This document shows, one piece after another, positions 13,974 through 27,281 of a stretch of 64,000 nucleotides of DNA. The notes under the pieces were generated by a model. That model ran no database searches and was not told where the DNA came from. It saw nothing but the letters and a program-made list of their open reading frames with translations. The stretch comes from Perkinsus olseni (lineage: Eukaryota). The stretch lies in NCBI GenBank assembly GCA_013115125.1, contig JABANN010000014.1:62001-126000 (forward strand), given 5' to 3'. The position numbers and the translations under genes were made by a program. How positions within the stretch are numbered: the first letter of the stretch is position 1; each line of letters begins with the position of its first letter.

Positions 13974-16900
13974 TTACTTGCGGCGTCTCTTCTGGGGCCC
14001 AACTTGCTTCTTAAGCGTTCGAACGTGGGCCTGCAAGTTCTTCAGCTTGTCTGAGGCCCTCATCTGCCGCCTGTTCTTGATACCTACATCATGGGATAAA
14101 GAAGCATGTTCTTCCCCTGACAAGGACGGCTCACGTTCGCTATTCATGCCCATCATCATCGGCTTATTCCGTCGCTTCTCCTTGTTGGTGGTGCCGCCCC
14201 TACGATCTCTGTTCTTGAAGTGGTCCTTGCTCTCTCGACCCTCCTTCACAGCCATCAGCTTCTCCTGCTTCTTCGTCATCTTGTTGTGGCCGTGCACCTT
14301 CTTGGCACCCAGCAGGCTCTCCGGGTTAACCAGCCAGTCAGCAGCATCCCCCCTAGCTTCCTGAGAGAACACTCTCCACTGAGACCACCATCGCTGCGCT
14401 GAGTAGCCGTACGTCGTCATCGTCGGAATCACTCGAGCTTCCCTCGTCATCGCTCGAGTAGAGGTTGCCCGCTTCCTCCTCGTATCTGATCGCGAGGACC
14501 GGATGCCTCCCACCGAGGGCTCATGAACTCACTCCTTCCGGGCTTCCTCGTCACCGAGCTGGAGCTGCATGGCCTGGCGTAATCGCAGTTTGCGCAGGTT
14601 CTTGAAGTCATCATCTCCGAGGACGACCTGAAGAGAGCTGGGATCGGCCAAGGCGAGCGCGTCCACGTCGCTGACCTCGGCTGCCAACTTCGCACGTTTG
14701 GCAGGCCGCTCTTCTTCCTCCTCCTCGACCTCATCCACATCATCAGCCACTGACACACAACTTCAGTCCTCATCGGCAGGAGAACGCTCGACAGCAACGA
14801 TGTCTGCGCGTCGAGCGGTAAGCCGTCCTCACGCGAGCTACCCTCTTACCGATAGTATTACCTCCATCCTCGTCAGCCTCTTCTTCCTCAACCTCTTCCT
14901 CAACCTCCTCCGCCTCCTCTTCTTCGTCGTCGTCATCAGAAGCTTCTCCAACAGCGTCTAACAATGAAAAGGTTGTCCCTTCCATCCCGGTCTTCGTTCG
15001 GTTTTCCCCTGATATCTCGGGTGTGGTCAACTCACCCGAGTCGACCTCCAGCTCCTCCTCGGCATCTTCGTCCTTATCGCTCTCTTCCTCAGCCTCCGCT
15101 CCCTCACCGTTCTTGTCCAGGAGGTCATCCCGATTGAGTAGAGAAGCGCCATAAACGTCGTCAGCAACTTCCTCCCTGAGGGCCAGGGTCAACAGCGAAG
15201 CCCCCGGTCTCTCCAATCCCACCTTCCGTATTCTGGCCGAGAGTCGACGCCCTTGGAGATGGCCTGACTGGCCTCCTTTCCTCTCAAAGACCGCTGCAGC
15301 ATCGAGGGGTATCTACACCACGCATCGATCTCGGATACCACCGCCAGTACTCTTCAGGCTTACACTTCTCTGTACAGGTTCATCAAGGCCCTGCCAGCGA
15401 TGGACACGGACTTCGACTGACGGTACTTCCTGTACTCGATCAGGTCAGCCAGTTGGTCCGCATCCAACGCCTGATACGATGCTCAATTCCACACCAGGGT
15501 CTTTGCCCTATTACTCACCAGAGGGGCTCTCGAACAGATCTCCCGGACGGCATTCAGGCCAACCGCCATCACCTCGGGAGGGCAGCTTTCGGATATGAAG
15601 TTGTTGATGACGTGGCGTACCACTGGCTGCAGCTCAGTGGGGGGCACCTAAGGTTCGACTCGGCGAAACTCGGATCTCTGGCGGCCCTACCTGTGGATGG
15701 CAGGCAGTAGCAAGGCAGGCAAGGGTCTTGGTGACGTCTCTATTACTAGGCTTCAAGTGGCGCTGCAAGAACGGGTATCTGGGCATGATGAATACACCAT
15801 CCTTCTTGTGAGGACTATATGCGGCCTGCTTACAGATTGAGGAGGATGAGCTCGTGTCTTCCGACCAAACGGCAACAGAGGGACAACAGCAGAGACCGCT
15901 TAGTAAAGGTGATCTGAAGGCGAAACGAAGAGCCCTGTCAAGAGCTTCCAGAGTCCTCAGCATCCCGCAGTACCGCCTCACTGCCTCGAGCAGCGCAGCG
16001 CTGAAGCAGACGCTCGGCAAAGTTCTGGGGGTCGTGGAGGAGATCAATAGCAGTGAAATCGGTGCCTGCCAACTCGGTTGTGCCAACCAATGCGCGATGA
16101 TTATTTACGACTTACTTCCAACGTCACCCTTGCCCTCAATCTCCTTCCTCTTCTTCTCAGCGGCCTTCTTAGCTCTCTCCAGCCGCTTAGTCTTGCCCTT
16201 GGTCTTCTTACCAGCACCGGTCATCTCTTGTGCCACTCTGTCCACCTCCTTCTGAGCGGCTTCAGCCTCCTCCGCCTCCGAGTCGTGACCATCCCCAGAG
16301 GCTGTCATCTTGGCCAGGAAGTTGTTGCCCAGGAACAGGTGCACTGCGGCAGTGCTGACCTTGTTGGCAGCCTCGGAACCCGACAACAGGCAAACCTCAG
16401 CGAGAGAATTCACCTAAAACGCAACCTCGGTATCAGCAGTATCGGCGAGGCAGTAGTCCTACCGCCGAGCTATCCCTCCACGCCCGCTTCATGTAAAGGC
16501 CAATCATAAGGCCAGCAGCACCTCTCAGGAGAGCCTCGTTGCTGGCAGAGGTGGCTCCTGAATAACGATACGCCTGGAGCGTCCTATTGCCTCCACCTTC
16601 CGTACCCTTGCCAGAGTTCTTGTTGATCTGCTGCACTAGAAAGTTCTGGACATCCTTACGCAACAAACCAGGAGCGGGGTCCAGATACTTCGAAGCCTTC
16701 TCCTCTGTCTTCTCGCCCTTGGAAGCCTCTGTGGTATCTGATCCCCCACCCACTGCCCCATCTCCCCCAGCCCCCGTGTAATACCATTCCCCCTGTTAAG
16801 CCGGCGCTTCCGCTTCTTCCCAGCTGCCTTGCCAACGGTCGAGGTCGAGTTGATAATGTCATTCAGGAGAGACTCTGCACGACGAGGCTGTCAATAATCG

Positions 16901-17760
16901 AGCGGCCGACGTTTCTCACTTTGAAGTGTCCGACGAAGCTCCTTATCATCACAGGCGAAGAGCCGGAACAGAGTCGGGAGGATCTTCATCAAAGGGATCA
17001 TACCACGGGATCGTATAAGCAACAAGGCGCCAACCATGGACCCTGCGGGGGCAGTGCTTCAGTCAACAGGAGGACGAGGCACGACTTACGCCTTGCTTCC
17101 GGATGAAGCTGTTGTGGGTCCTTGCTCAGATAACGGAGTAGTATCTCCGGAAAGTTGAGCTCTTCACGTAGGTTAGGGTAGCAGTGGAATCTGCGGTAAG
17201 TGGGCAGTGAGAGCATAAGCCAATCATGGTCCACCACTTACACATGCGCAATGAACATGGTGAGCTCATTGAAGCTCTTCTGCGTTCGCCCAGGCCTCAG
17301 TTGCAAAGTCTCAGCCGTCGAACGAAAATGTTCGTACCTGGGCAAAGCGGTTTCATGGGATAGCGGTGTGGGCTGGGGGTTCCTACTGTCGGCGATAGTC
17401 CTCGATATACGCCTCGGGATCCCTCCTTATGAAGTTCTGTAGCTGAGGTAAGGATAGACCTGACGGACACCATACCAGTCGGGCATCACACCAGGAACAC
17501 TCTAAGCTCTGCTGCTTGTCGATGAGGCTTCCGTGCGTGCGACCGATGGTCGATGTTTCCAGTAACGACTGCCAATCGGCATCTCACAGTTCAACCGCTC
17601 TAGCTCGTCGCATGGATTTTACCAAAGTATTGGTATGTTTGCAGTCTCTCCGCGAGTCGCCGCCCCTCCACCCAGTACTACTGTTCTCATCCTGGTCCTC
17701 ATCCCCCTCTGCAGTCTTCCTCGCCTTAGCCTTGATAGGCTTGTGATGCTTCGGAGGCAT
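13974..17760 (-). CDS. SDA1: SDA1 homolog (60S ribosome biogenesis), multi-exon
   Basis: N-terminal ILPQLQNFIRRDPEAY, an acidic E/D-rich stretch, C-terminal GGTTNKEKRRNKPMMM; ATG at 17760 (MPPKHHK...). Confidence 0.9.
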
Positions 17761-18305
17761 TCAGGTGAAGACTCACCAATGAAGACTGAAAACACCTCCC
17801 AGCACTCTATGCCCGACAACCCAGCATCGATTCTCAGCAGAGACTACGAGAAAAGAGAAGGCCATTCCCAGCGATGAAGCTCCGTGTTGCGACTGAAGCC
17901 ACGATGACTGAATCTAGTCAGGAAAGCTGTAAGTCGTACTGAACTAAACATGTACAATCTCGAGAGTGGTTGGATGGTTATCGGGAGAAGGCCAAAATGG
18001 GTGAGAGCCAAAATCCAAGGAAGCGCCGGCGACAGGCAGGCAAAGACAGCAGGAAAAACGCTGAATGTAGGCGAGGGCAGGAATTGGTACCCAGAAACCC
18101 CTTTCGAAACTCGAGAGGGCAACCCGACTTGGTTATTGGACTCGTTAACGAGTTCTCGGGCGCGCGCGGTGAGCTAATAGCGGAGCGAAATTCCTGCGAC
18201 GCACGTTTTTTTCACGCACGAAATTTTCAAATAACCTTCGAGTCCCGGGGAACTGGAGAATAACGGAGCCGTAGAGATATCACTTTACCCCCTCTTCCAT
18301 AATCG

Positions 18306-19871
18306 ATGCCAGTGCATCCTTCGCGCCCCGTGGCACAGCCTGTTATTTTTACCTACGAAGAGCTCAAAGATCCCCAGTCTGACCTTACCGAACGTATCCT
18401 ACAGGTAGCTCACTTACTCTCAACGAGACCACCGAACCCTCGTTGATCGAGTACAGCCGCCCTGCTCTGATCAGGCTTATGGCCGAGACTCCCTTGGGCT
18501 GTGCTGTGTTAGTGGCGTACCAAACTACCAGAAATATCGACAAGCCTTGCTGCCTAAGATCCACACTCTCGGTAACTTACCTCCTTCAACCTTGGAGAAG
18601 TAATGCCGTTATGGCGACCGCTTTATTGACTCCGCGAGGTCGACTCTAGTGCATCATAAGCGGCGAAGATACTCACTGTGGAACCCGACTGATCACCTTC
18701 CATTGTCCAGTGTTCTTGACCGTGCTGGCTGTAGGTACGTTCTACCAGAGGCTTTCTACAACGTGGGGTGGTCTCACGGTAAAGAGAAGCTAGGTGGTGG
18801 ACGCCCTGATCTTGGCAAAGGCTCTTTTTACGCGAATCCTCTGTTTGAAGACCCTGGCGAGCTAGTAAGTTCCGTGGCGCTCTAAGTCGCCAACCGTACA
18901 TTATTGATGACTGATATCTCTGAACGCCAGCGAAAGATGAGATTCGCCGATCTTGCCATCCATGGCACATGGCGGCTACCATCCAGTCGATGTTCAGGAC
19001 CCCACCGCTCGGGAACGTCATCCGGCATGCGCAACTCCCAACGTGTGGCCCGAGGAGGTCTCGGGCTTCCGTGAGGCCTTCATAGATGCTGGAAAGCTCC
19101 TCGCCGAGGTTGGTGTAATGCTAGCTGGCCATATGGACAAGGCGTGCCAAGCCCACGGAATCAAGTGCTGCAGCTTGGTCGAAGGTAGCCATCGCAATCG
19201 CCCTCACTGTAGTTCCCAACTCCGCCTCTCAGCCACCTTCAAAAACTCACGGCTGTGCTGTGGCCGTGCGCTGCATTACTACCCACTGAAGCAAGAGAAA
19301 ACTCAGAATGTGCCGGAAGATTCTTGGTGTGGCTGGCACAACGACAACTCCGTGATAACAGGGTTGTTCTCGCCCATGATTCTCGATGCTGCGACGGGGC
19401 AGTCAAGCACCAAGCCAAAGGATACCGAGGCCGGCCTCTACGTCCAGAACCGTCGATGCGAAGTTCTCCAGGTCCAGCTTCCTTCGGACTGTATAGCCTT
19501 TCAGTTGGGAGAAGCTGCCCAGATCATGACGGGTGGTCACCTGGTCGCAACCCCACACATGGTGAAGGGCTCCTCCATGCCTGATGTCTCCCGAGAACAG
19601 CTGGCTGTGTTCTTCGAGCCGGACTGGGATAGGGTCATGGCCGTACCAGAGGGTTCCAGCACGGATGACATGGTCACCGCTGGTGCCAATATACCGGAGG
19701 TAAGATGGTTGCCATGGTGAAGCGATCGAAGTGCTGCGTGATCAGGTTCCGCATCTGGCCAAACGTTATCGTGGACCCTCGGTCACCTTCGGACAATTCC
19801 TGGAGGACTCATTTCGAGAATATTATAATATGAAATTATCAGTCGTTGTTGGCGGAGAGGAGACTGTCTAG
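18306..19871 (+). CDS. 2-oxoglutarate/Fe(II)-dependent oxygenase (IPNS/DIOX-like), multi-exon
   Basis: AYGRDSLG..VSGVP, GWSHGKEKL..KGSFYANP, NVWPEE, HxD in GWHNDNS, distal His in ATPHMV. Confidence 0.85.
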
Positions 19872-20495
19872 TCGGTTTTACACAGTCTATAGCTCATTGG
19901 TCGCCTTTTACCGCTGAGGCATACGGCCGCGGGGACAAGTTGATTTTTACGTGCTAGAAGTCGCAGTCTACTTATGCACAAGGCATCTCTTGAACTACCT
20001 GATGGCTGGCCAGAGTGTTCTTGGTTGTCGATCGAGAATGTGTTGAGTTCGCTGAGAGGGAACTGCCGTGGCCATCAACGCTAACGCTGCCGTGGCCACT
20101 AACGATACTAATATTACTATTCGGTGCCAAACTGCAGAGCGAGTGGATGAGGGAGCTTGGTAAGTGATTGGCTGGAAGTGGAAGTGCTGTAGAAGCACGC
20201 CTGATGTGATCTCACCTCTCTGCCTTATCGAAACCGATCAAGAAACTCAGGTCTTGACCCAGAAGAACCTAGCTTTGTCTGCGCTTGAATTCACCGAGAG
20301 CAATTTTGGCGATCAGGGGACCTCTGGCAGAGGTAACGCTCGAGTTGGCCAGGCCAGAGCGGACGTTAGTGGATGAGCCGACTCCTGAAAACGTCTTTTC
20401 GATTGTTCAACACGGCGCATGCACTTCTCGCATTCATGAAACAGGATTTACATCATGGTTCTGATAACAAAGAGAAATGTGTTTCCAAGGAAACC

Positions 20496-22279
20496 TTATA
20501 ATCGGTCCAAACTATCCTTCAAGCTGCGGATTAGATCATCGGCGTCCTAAACGCGAAAATATGAAAGTGCTGCAACTTCCTATCGAGACAAACTTACCTC
20601 AACTCCGACTGACACTCGGATAAAACCGTCAACGATACCCAACCTTAGCCTGTCCTCCGGCAACATGTTTGCATGAGTCATGACAGCACAGGCTGTGATA
20701 ATCGATTCCGTGGGGCCCAGGTGGGCGCATAGAGACCAAGGACGCTGAAGCGTGAGAGCTAATCGGATTTCTAACCAATTTCGTCTCAGATAAGTCTCAG
20801 AGTTTTTCATTGACAGCTGTCAAAGATGATGAACTTACCTTGATAGAGTTCATCAGCTTAGTGCCAGAATCGTGCCCGCCTATCACGTCGAACCACAGCA
20901 TTCCACCATAGAGGTTGTTCCTGAGAAGGATCGTGAGCTCGGAGGTCTTCTGAGAAATGAAAGTGCTCCCCAGGTAAAACCCTTACCTGTGTAGCTTCTT
21001 AGCAAGCTCATGCTGCGGATGTGACTCAAGCCCCGGATAGATAACACGGGAGCACTTTGGGTGACCTTCCAAGAACTTGCAAATCTTCATGGCAGTCTCC
21101 GATTGACGTTGGATACTGACAGAGGACAGGCGGTAAGTACATGTACAAGTAACTCGATTGTTACCGCAATTCGAGTGTCTTGACAGTCTGCATCTGAATG
21201 AAGGCCACGAAGGGCGACATGATGTTGCCGTGCATGTTCTGAACAAACTTCATGCGTTGATACAACTCCTTGGTACGGCACGCCAAAGCACCACCTGAAG
21301 AAACGTCGTAAACCGCAGAGGTCACGGTCGAAGAAGACTCACCGGTGGTGATGTTGTGAACATCATAATACTTAGTCGTTGACTGAAGGGTGATGTCGAC
21401 TCCAAAGTCCATCGGACGGCAAATAACAGGAGTGGCGAATGTGCTATCGCATACATGAACAATACCCTTCTCTCTGCAGAGTGTGGATACCGCCTCGAGG
21501 TCAACCAGGCGCAGAAGTGGATTCGTCGAGGCCTCAGAAAATATCTGCTGAATGAAGGATGCCCAACCGCACTGGCATGTAGGACTGGAGAAAATCCGCC
21601 CACCATTTTAGTATTCGGTTTTGAGGCTCTCTTGATGTTCTCCTTGTCAGTCATATCGACAAGGGAGAACTCCATTCCCAGAGGAGTGAATTGCTCGCGC
21701 ATGATTCTGAGATAGAGTGGCTCAAGAAGCGAGCGGTCGCTGTTGAACAATCTTCCATGTCATACTGAGCAGTGCCACCATAACTGCATTCTGTGACTAC
21801 TGCGTGATCGCCGGTCTTCATCAACCCGCACACCACGGTGGTAGTCGCAGCCATACCTAAAGTAGGAGCCGACTCAACCGATACCGTAAGAGGCGAGACT
21901 CACTTAGGGGTTCCGAAAACTGCAGCACCGCCAGGGGCCTTCTCGAGCTCGGCGATCTTCTCTTCGTAAGCACGAACAGTCGGGTTGGACGTGCGGCTGT
22001 AGCTGAACCCCTAGAGGAGGACGATGAGACGAAAAGATGGTATTGCCGACTGTTGGCTTGCCTTGGCGAGGTACTTATCCACAGACTCTTGAACGAATGT
22101 GGTTGATAAGAAGACCGGGGTCAGAATGGCGCCAGTCTCCTTGTCAGGAGAGACCGAAGCATGAAGCTGTAGAGTAGTGTGGGAAGACCCTACTCGAAGG
22201 ATCAGCCCACCAGTTCAGTTCCCATGCCCAGAGGGCCAGGGATCCACTCGCCTGCGACGGTTGGGTTGTCAGAAGGCAT
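20496..22279 (-). pseudogene. Cystathionine gamma-lyase/synthase family paralog A, probably frameshifted
   Basis: Exon-by-exon homolog of 23177-24948; a net 4-nt insertion at the exon end near 21904-21908 shifts the frame before GMAA; substitutions in conserved motifs (SEASTNP, KYYDVH, SLCAHLG). Confidence 0.6.
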
Positions 22280-23176
22280 GAAGATTGAATGCGAGCATCG
22301 CCACTGATTCCTCACATCCAATCTGTCCGCAGTGCTGCGAGATTAGGCTAGAATCTCATGTACGCTGGTTCAGGTTTGCTGGTGTTTCGCCCGGAAGGCT
22401 CTCACTCAATCTTACCCACTTCGATGCGCACCTACGGACGGGACATGCGCTATGGACACCAGCGCATGCGTGCAACCGAAAGGGTGGGCTCTCGGGTACG
22501 AAGAGCTTAACGAGAAAGTATATCTCACACGGTCGCTTCTGACCCGACGCGCGTGATCTCTACTCCGCAGAGTTTCGCAAGTTCTGATGTTGCAGTCCAG
22601 GGCTCTCCCCGCATCAATAGGAGTCTGCCACAGACGTTCACAGATCACTCCGGTTACCGCAACACAGCACCGTCACCAGGAATAATGAGCGCGGACGGAC
22701 CAGTCCCTCACACAGAGTAACTGGCAGTCTATGTCTGACAACTTCACCAATACCACGAGCGAGGGGGTTCTGCTCAGGTTTGCCGCACCGTAGTCCCGGC
22801 CGGGTCAGATAGCGGGATGGCACCCGCATGCTCGAGACCATACGTTAGAACGTTAACTCCAGTATCGTACCCGATGCCCTGTGTGTCCTGTAAAGTCTGG
22901 CCCTGAGGCACAGTGGTCTTTTCAACGTTGCCGGCTGATAGCCTCGGAGTCCCCGAGTCGGGGGCTAGAAGAATTACTGAACTCCAAACTCCAGTGATCC
23001 TCAGCCTGCGTGATGGGGGCTTTCCCACCGAGGCAAACGGCAGACTTTCTGACGACTTGTTTGACTTGGCGCTTTCCGTACAACACCACACATTCACTTT
23101 CAGTATCTTGAAACAGAACTTACATCATGGTTGTGATGGCAGAGAGTATGTCCTCTTTGATGAGAAAAATGTCAAC

Positions 23177-24948
23177 TTATAACTGGTCCAAACTATCCTT
23201 CAAGCTGCGGATTAGATCATCGGCGTCCTGAACGGGAAGGGATCAAAGTGCTGCGACTTCCCAGTGAGACAAACTCACCTCAACTCCGACTGACACTCTA
23301 ATAAAACCGTCAACGATACCCAACCTGAGCCTGTCCTCCGGCAACATGTTTGCATGAGTCATGACAGCGCAGGCAGTGATAATCGATTCCGTGGCACCCA
23401 GGTTCTCGCACAGAGACCAGGGGCGCTGAAACAAGCAGAACTTTCGCCTTCACTGAGGTCGGTCAGAACTCACCTGGATAGAGTTCATCAGTTTGGTGCC
23501 GGAATCGGAACCACCGACCACGTCAAACCACAGCATTCCACCATGAAGGTTGTTCCTAAAGCGAACACGATTGAGTATCTCAATTTGACTACGTTGATAA
23601 TAAGCACAACTAAGAGAGCCCCCGCCGCCGTGCTACCCTACCTGTGTAGCTTCTTAGCGAGCTCATGCTGCGGATGCGACTTGAGTCCCGGATAGATGAC
23701 ACGGGAGCACTTCGGATGGCCCTCCAGAAACTTGCAAATCTTCATGGCAGTCTCCGATTGACGTTGGATACTGACAGAAGACAGGCGGTACGTACATGTA
23801 CAAGTAACTCGATTGTTACCGTAATTCGAGTGTCTTAACGGTTTGCATCTGAATGAAGGCCACAAAAGGCGACATGATGTTGCCGTGCATGTTCTGAACA
23901 AACTTCATGCGCTGATACAACTCCTTGGTACGGCACGCCAAAGCACCACCTGCAGAAACGTCGTAAACCGCAGAGGTCACGGTCGAAGAAGACTCACCCG
24001 TGGTGATGTTGTGACCATCGTAATACTTAGTCGTTGACTGAAGGGTGATGTCGACTCCAAAGTCCATCGGACGGCAAATAACAGGAGTGGCGAATGTGCT
24101 GTCGCATACATGAACAATACCCTTCTCTCTGCAGAGTGCGGATACCGCCTCGAGGTCAACCAGGCGCAGAAGTGGATTAGTGGGAGTCTCAGAGAATATC
24201 TGCCGAGTGAAGGACATCCGACCTCCTCATGCTACATAATGAATAGAGGCTGCCGCTCACCATTTTGGTATTCGGCTTGATGGCCTTCTTGATGTTCTCG
24301 ATGTCGGTCATGTCAACGAAGGAGAACTCCATTCCCAGGGGAATGAACTGCTCACGCATGATCCTAACACATAGCACATAGACAGCCTGGTATATCAGAT
24401 CGACAGCTAGAACGAAAATAAGAATCGTCATTCGATACCTGTTAGTGCCACCATAACTGCATTCTGTGACTACTGCGTGATCGCCGGTCTTCATCAACCC
24501 GCACACCACGGTGGTGGTCGCAGCCATACCTAAAGTAGGAGCCGACTCAACGGATACCGTAAGAGGCGAGACTCACCGGTTCCGAAAACTGCAGCACCGC
24601 CAGGGGCCTTCTCGAGCTCGGCGATCTTCTCTTCGTAAGCACGAACAGTCGGGTTGGACGTGCGGCTGTAGCTGAACCCCTGAAGGAGGACGATGAGACG
24701 AAAAGATGGTATTGCCGACTGTTCGCTTGCCTTGGCGAGGTACTTATCCACAGACTCTTGAACGAATGTGGTTGATAAGAAGACCGGGGTCAGAATGGCG
24801 CCAGTCTCGTTGTCAGGAGAGACCGAAGCATGAACCTGCAGAGTAGTGTGGGAAGACCCTACTCGAAGGATCAGCCCACCAGTTCAGTTCCCATGCCCAG
24901 AGGGCCAGGGATCCACTCGCCTGCGACTGTATTGCCGTTGGAGGACAT
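23177..24948 (-). CDS. PLP-dependent transsulfuration enzyme (cystathionine gamma-lyase/gamma-synthase family), multi-exon
   Basis: YSRTSNPT, GMAATT, YGGT, SETPTNP, DSTFATP, PLP lysine motif STTKYYDGH, YPGLKSHPQHELA, RVSVGVED. Confidence 0.92.
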
Positions 24949-25249
24949 GAGTACGGAGTGATGTAAAAACTGCACGAGACTTCCTTCATTGTTACCAGGG
25001 ACGTCAGAAACCGAGGTCCAGCAGTCGACTACCACCTCAACGTACACGACGCAGACAAGAAGCGCCAAGGCTACAACGTGAAACGTGAAGATTTTTCGAC
25101 ATGAACGCATCACCGTTCCCGCCGTTCAATCATACAGATTGTTACCGAGATATCGCTCTTTTTGGAAATATTCTAAGATTATTTGGAGCACTGTAGTTCA
25201 ATTGCACTCGCGCGCGCCCATCCAATCGATTCTGTCCATCTCCTCATCA

Positions 25250-27142
25250 ACGTACTCAATATACTCCTGTCATAAACGACGTCGGATTCATGGCTTAGAG
25301 CCTGAGTTCGGCCGAGCCAAGGCCTACCGCATCGACCGGCTCGCCAAGAGTGACGTACTGGCTGAAGGCGGCCATCAGGTACACGGGAGGAGGCCGTCAC
25401 GCCGACTGATTATTTACGGTTGTGTTGGTATTGATTATCGCCTTCTCGAAAAGAGCTGGGTAGATTGAGATGCTTTGCCTCGTTTAAATTTTAGGGCACT
25501 GTGTCCAGCAGTGACTCGTCGTGGCTAGCTTCCTCTGACGTCTAGTAGGAGTAGGTCTAGGCCGTGTACTGCCTTCTGTGTAGGGATGCGTGAACACCCT
25601 ATGCTGGTCCGATGACGGACAATATCTCCTCTCTGGCAGCGATGATAGGCGTCTAGCACTCTGGAGATTCGACACGCACGACTTCGACAGTGCTACCTCG
25701 AGTCGGCCAGTTCGCTTGATCGACACGGGTGAGAGCTCCTCCTCATCGTTCGCGGCTCGACCAGGATAATCTACGCCTCAGGGCACAGTCTGAACATTTT
25801 CCACGGCCGCTTCTTTCCGGGCAGTCGCTCTCTCATCGCCAGCTGCAGTTTGGACGCCTCTGTCCGAGTCCATGACCTTGCAACTACCGCTAGCGTTGTA
25901 TGCAGCAGCACCGCCCATCGAGAACGCGTCAAAAAGTTGGTAGGAAATACCGACTGTCGCTGATAACGCCGTTGGCGCTGTGAAGGTACTACCATGGGAC
26001 TGTCCCTCTCTAGTCATTTCCTGTAGCCATGATGGTACGATACGACAGATGGATATCCGCGACCCTGCCACATGCAAGACACCGGACGTAGTAGTGTCGT
26101 CGTCAGCGGTGATGATGAGCGCTCGGGCTAGATACTGGCCAGCTGGGGTCAAGGCATCAATGGCATCAGCGGTGGTTGGCCACTCCGACCCTATTTGATA
26201 CTAGCCGGTGGCGAAATATCGACACTCCGACTGTACGACCGTCGCCGTATGCAGGCCCTTCGGTGTGGCGATACGACAGCGCCCTGCGTGCTGAGTGAGC
26301 TACGAGGGCCTGACCCAGCCACGTCTGATAGCGACTTGCGCGACCTCTGCGTCAGTGGGGTATGCTTGTCCCATACGGGTAGGATAGCTATTGGTTCGTG
26401 GATGAATGGTGAGGGTATTTATGCCTTCGATGTCGACTCCCCCAATGAACCCCTCGGGCCCCCATTCAAAGGCCACGCTAACTTCCGTACCGTCAAGGAG
26501 GTATCGTTGGTTGGGCTGAATCAAGAATATGTTGCCAGTGGTAGTGATGACGGTAACTGGTTTGCATGGCGTCTTCAACAAGGGCCCTCTGACTGTGATG
26601 ACTGCCCTGACGACGGTCCGCCTTCCGCTGCCGATCCCCCAATCGACCCAAGATTGGCCTTTGTGGGGCTCGAGGGGGACTTGGAGGTCGTCAACTGTGT
26701 CCAGCAGCACCCTAGCGAGGCATGTATAGTTACTTCCGGCATCGAGAACGATATTAAAGTCTGGCATCCTCAGCGAGCTTTCAACAGTCATCGAGGGAAT
26801 CTCTCTGTCCGTGCCGATCCGCGGCTCCGTCAGATCATCGCCCGGAACCTCACACAGTCTGCTGACTCGCAGGGCCTTAGTAATTTTCTTCTCACGATAC
26901 TTCGACGTCGTTTCCCTCATGCCCGTAACGTTCAAAGGTTTGGCTCCACCGTTGTGTTCACTCGCTCGCCCTCCTCTGACAGCAGCGACGCTCCCGAAAT
27001 CGTCAGCAACACCAGCCCGAGCGACGGCCATTTGTCTGGCAGCTCCATGCCCTATATCTCACCCTCCGAGCAGGGCATTGAAGTGCCTGGCGCAAGCACC
27101 TCGGCCGGTAGCGTTGGAGATGGTGATGAGTGGACCGAGTGA
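25250..27142 (+). CDS. DCAF8/WDR42-like WD40 protein, paralog 1; start codon uncertain
   Basis: [78 protein letters not shown]. Confidence 0.8.
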
Positions 27143-27281
27143 GATCGTGTGGTCGATCATGCTATTATTAAACCAATTCTGGTACTGTGTACTTGTTGCT
27201 ATCGTCTCTCATACTCGCAACTTGTAGCGTTATTTTGCCCTTGGTTCTGGTTGCAGAGTCCCGCAGCGATGTCGTTTTTTA

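Noticed and set aside
22300..23100. Short ORFs between the CGL paralogs (also 19995-20400 and 9655-10180)
   Set aside because: No recognisable motif or consistent splice structure; may be decayed fragments
26300..27031. 243-aa minus-strand ORF (also 28127-28699, 39291-39911 and 13804-14364)
   Set aside because: Antisense shadows of well-supported genes
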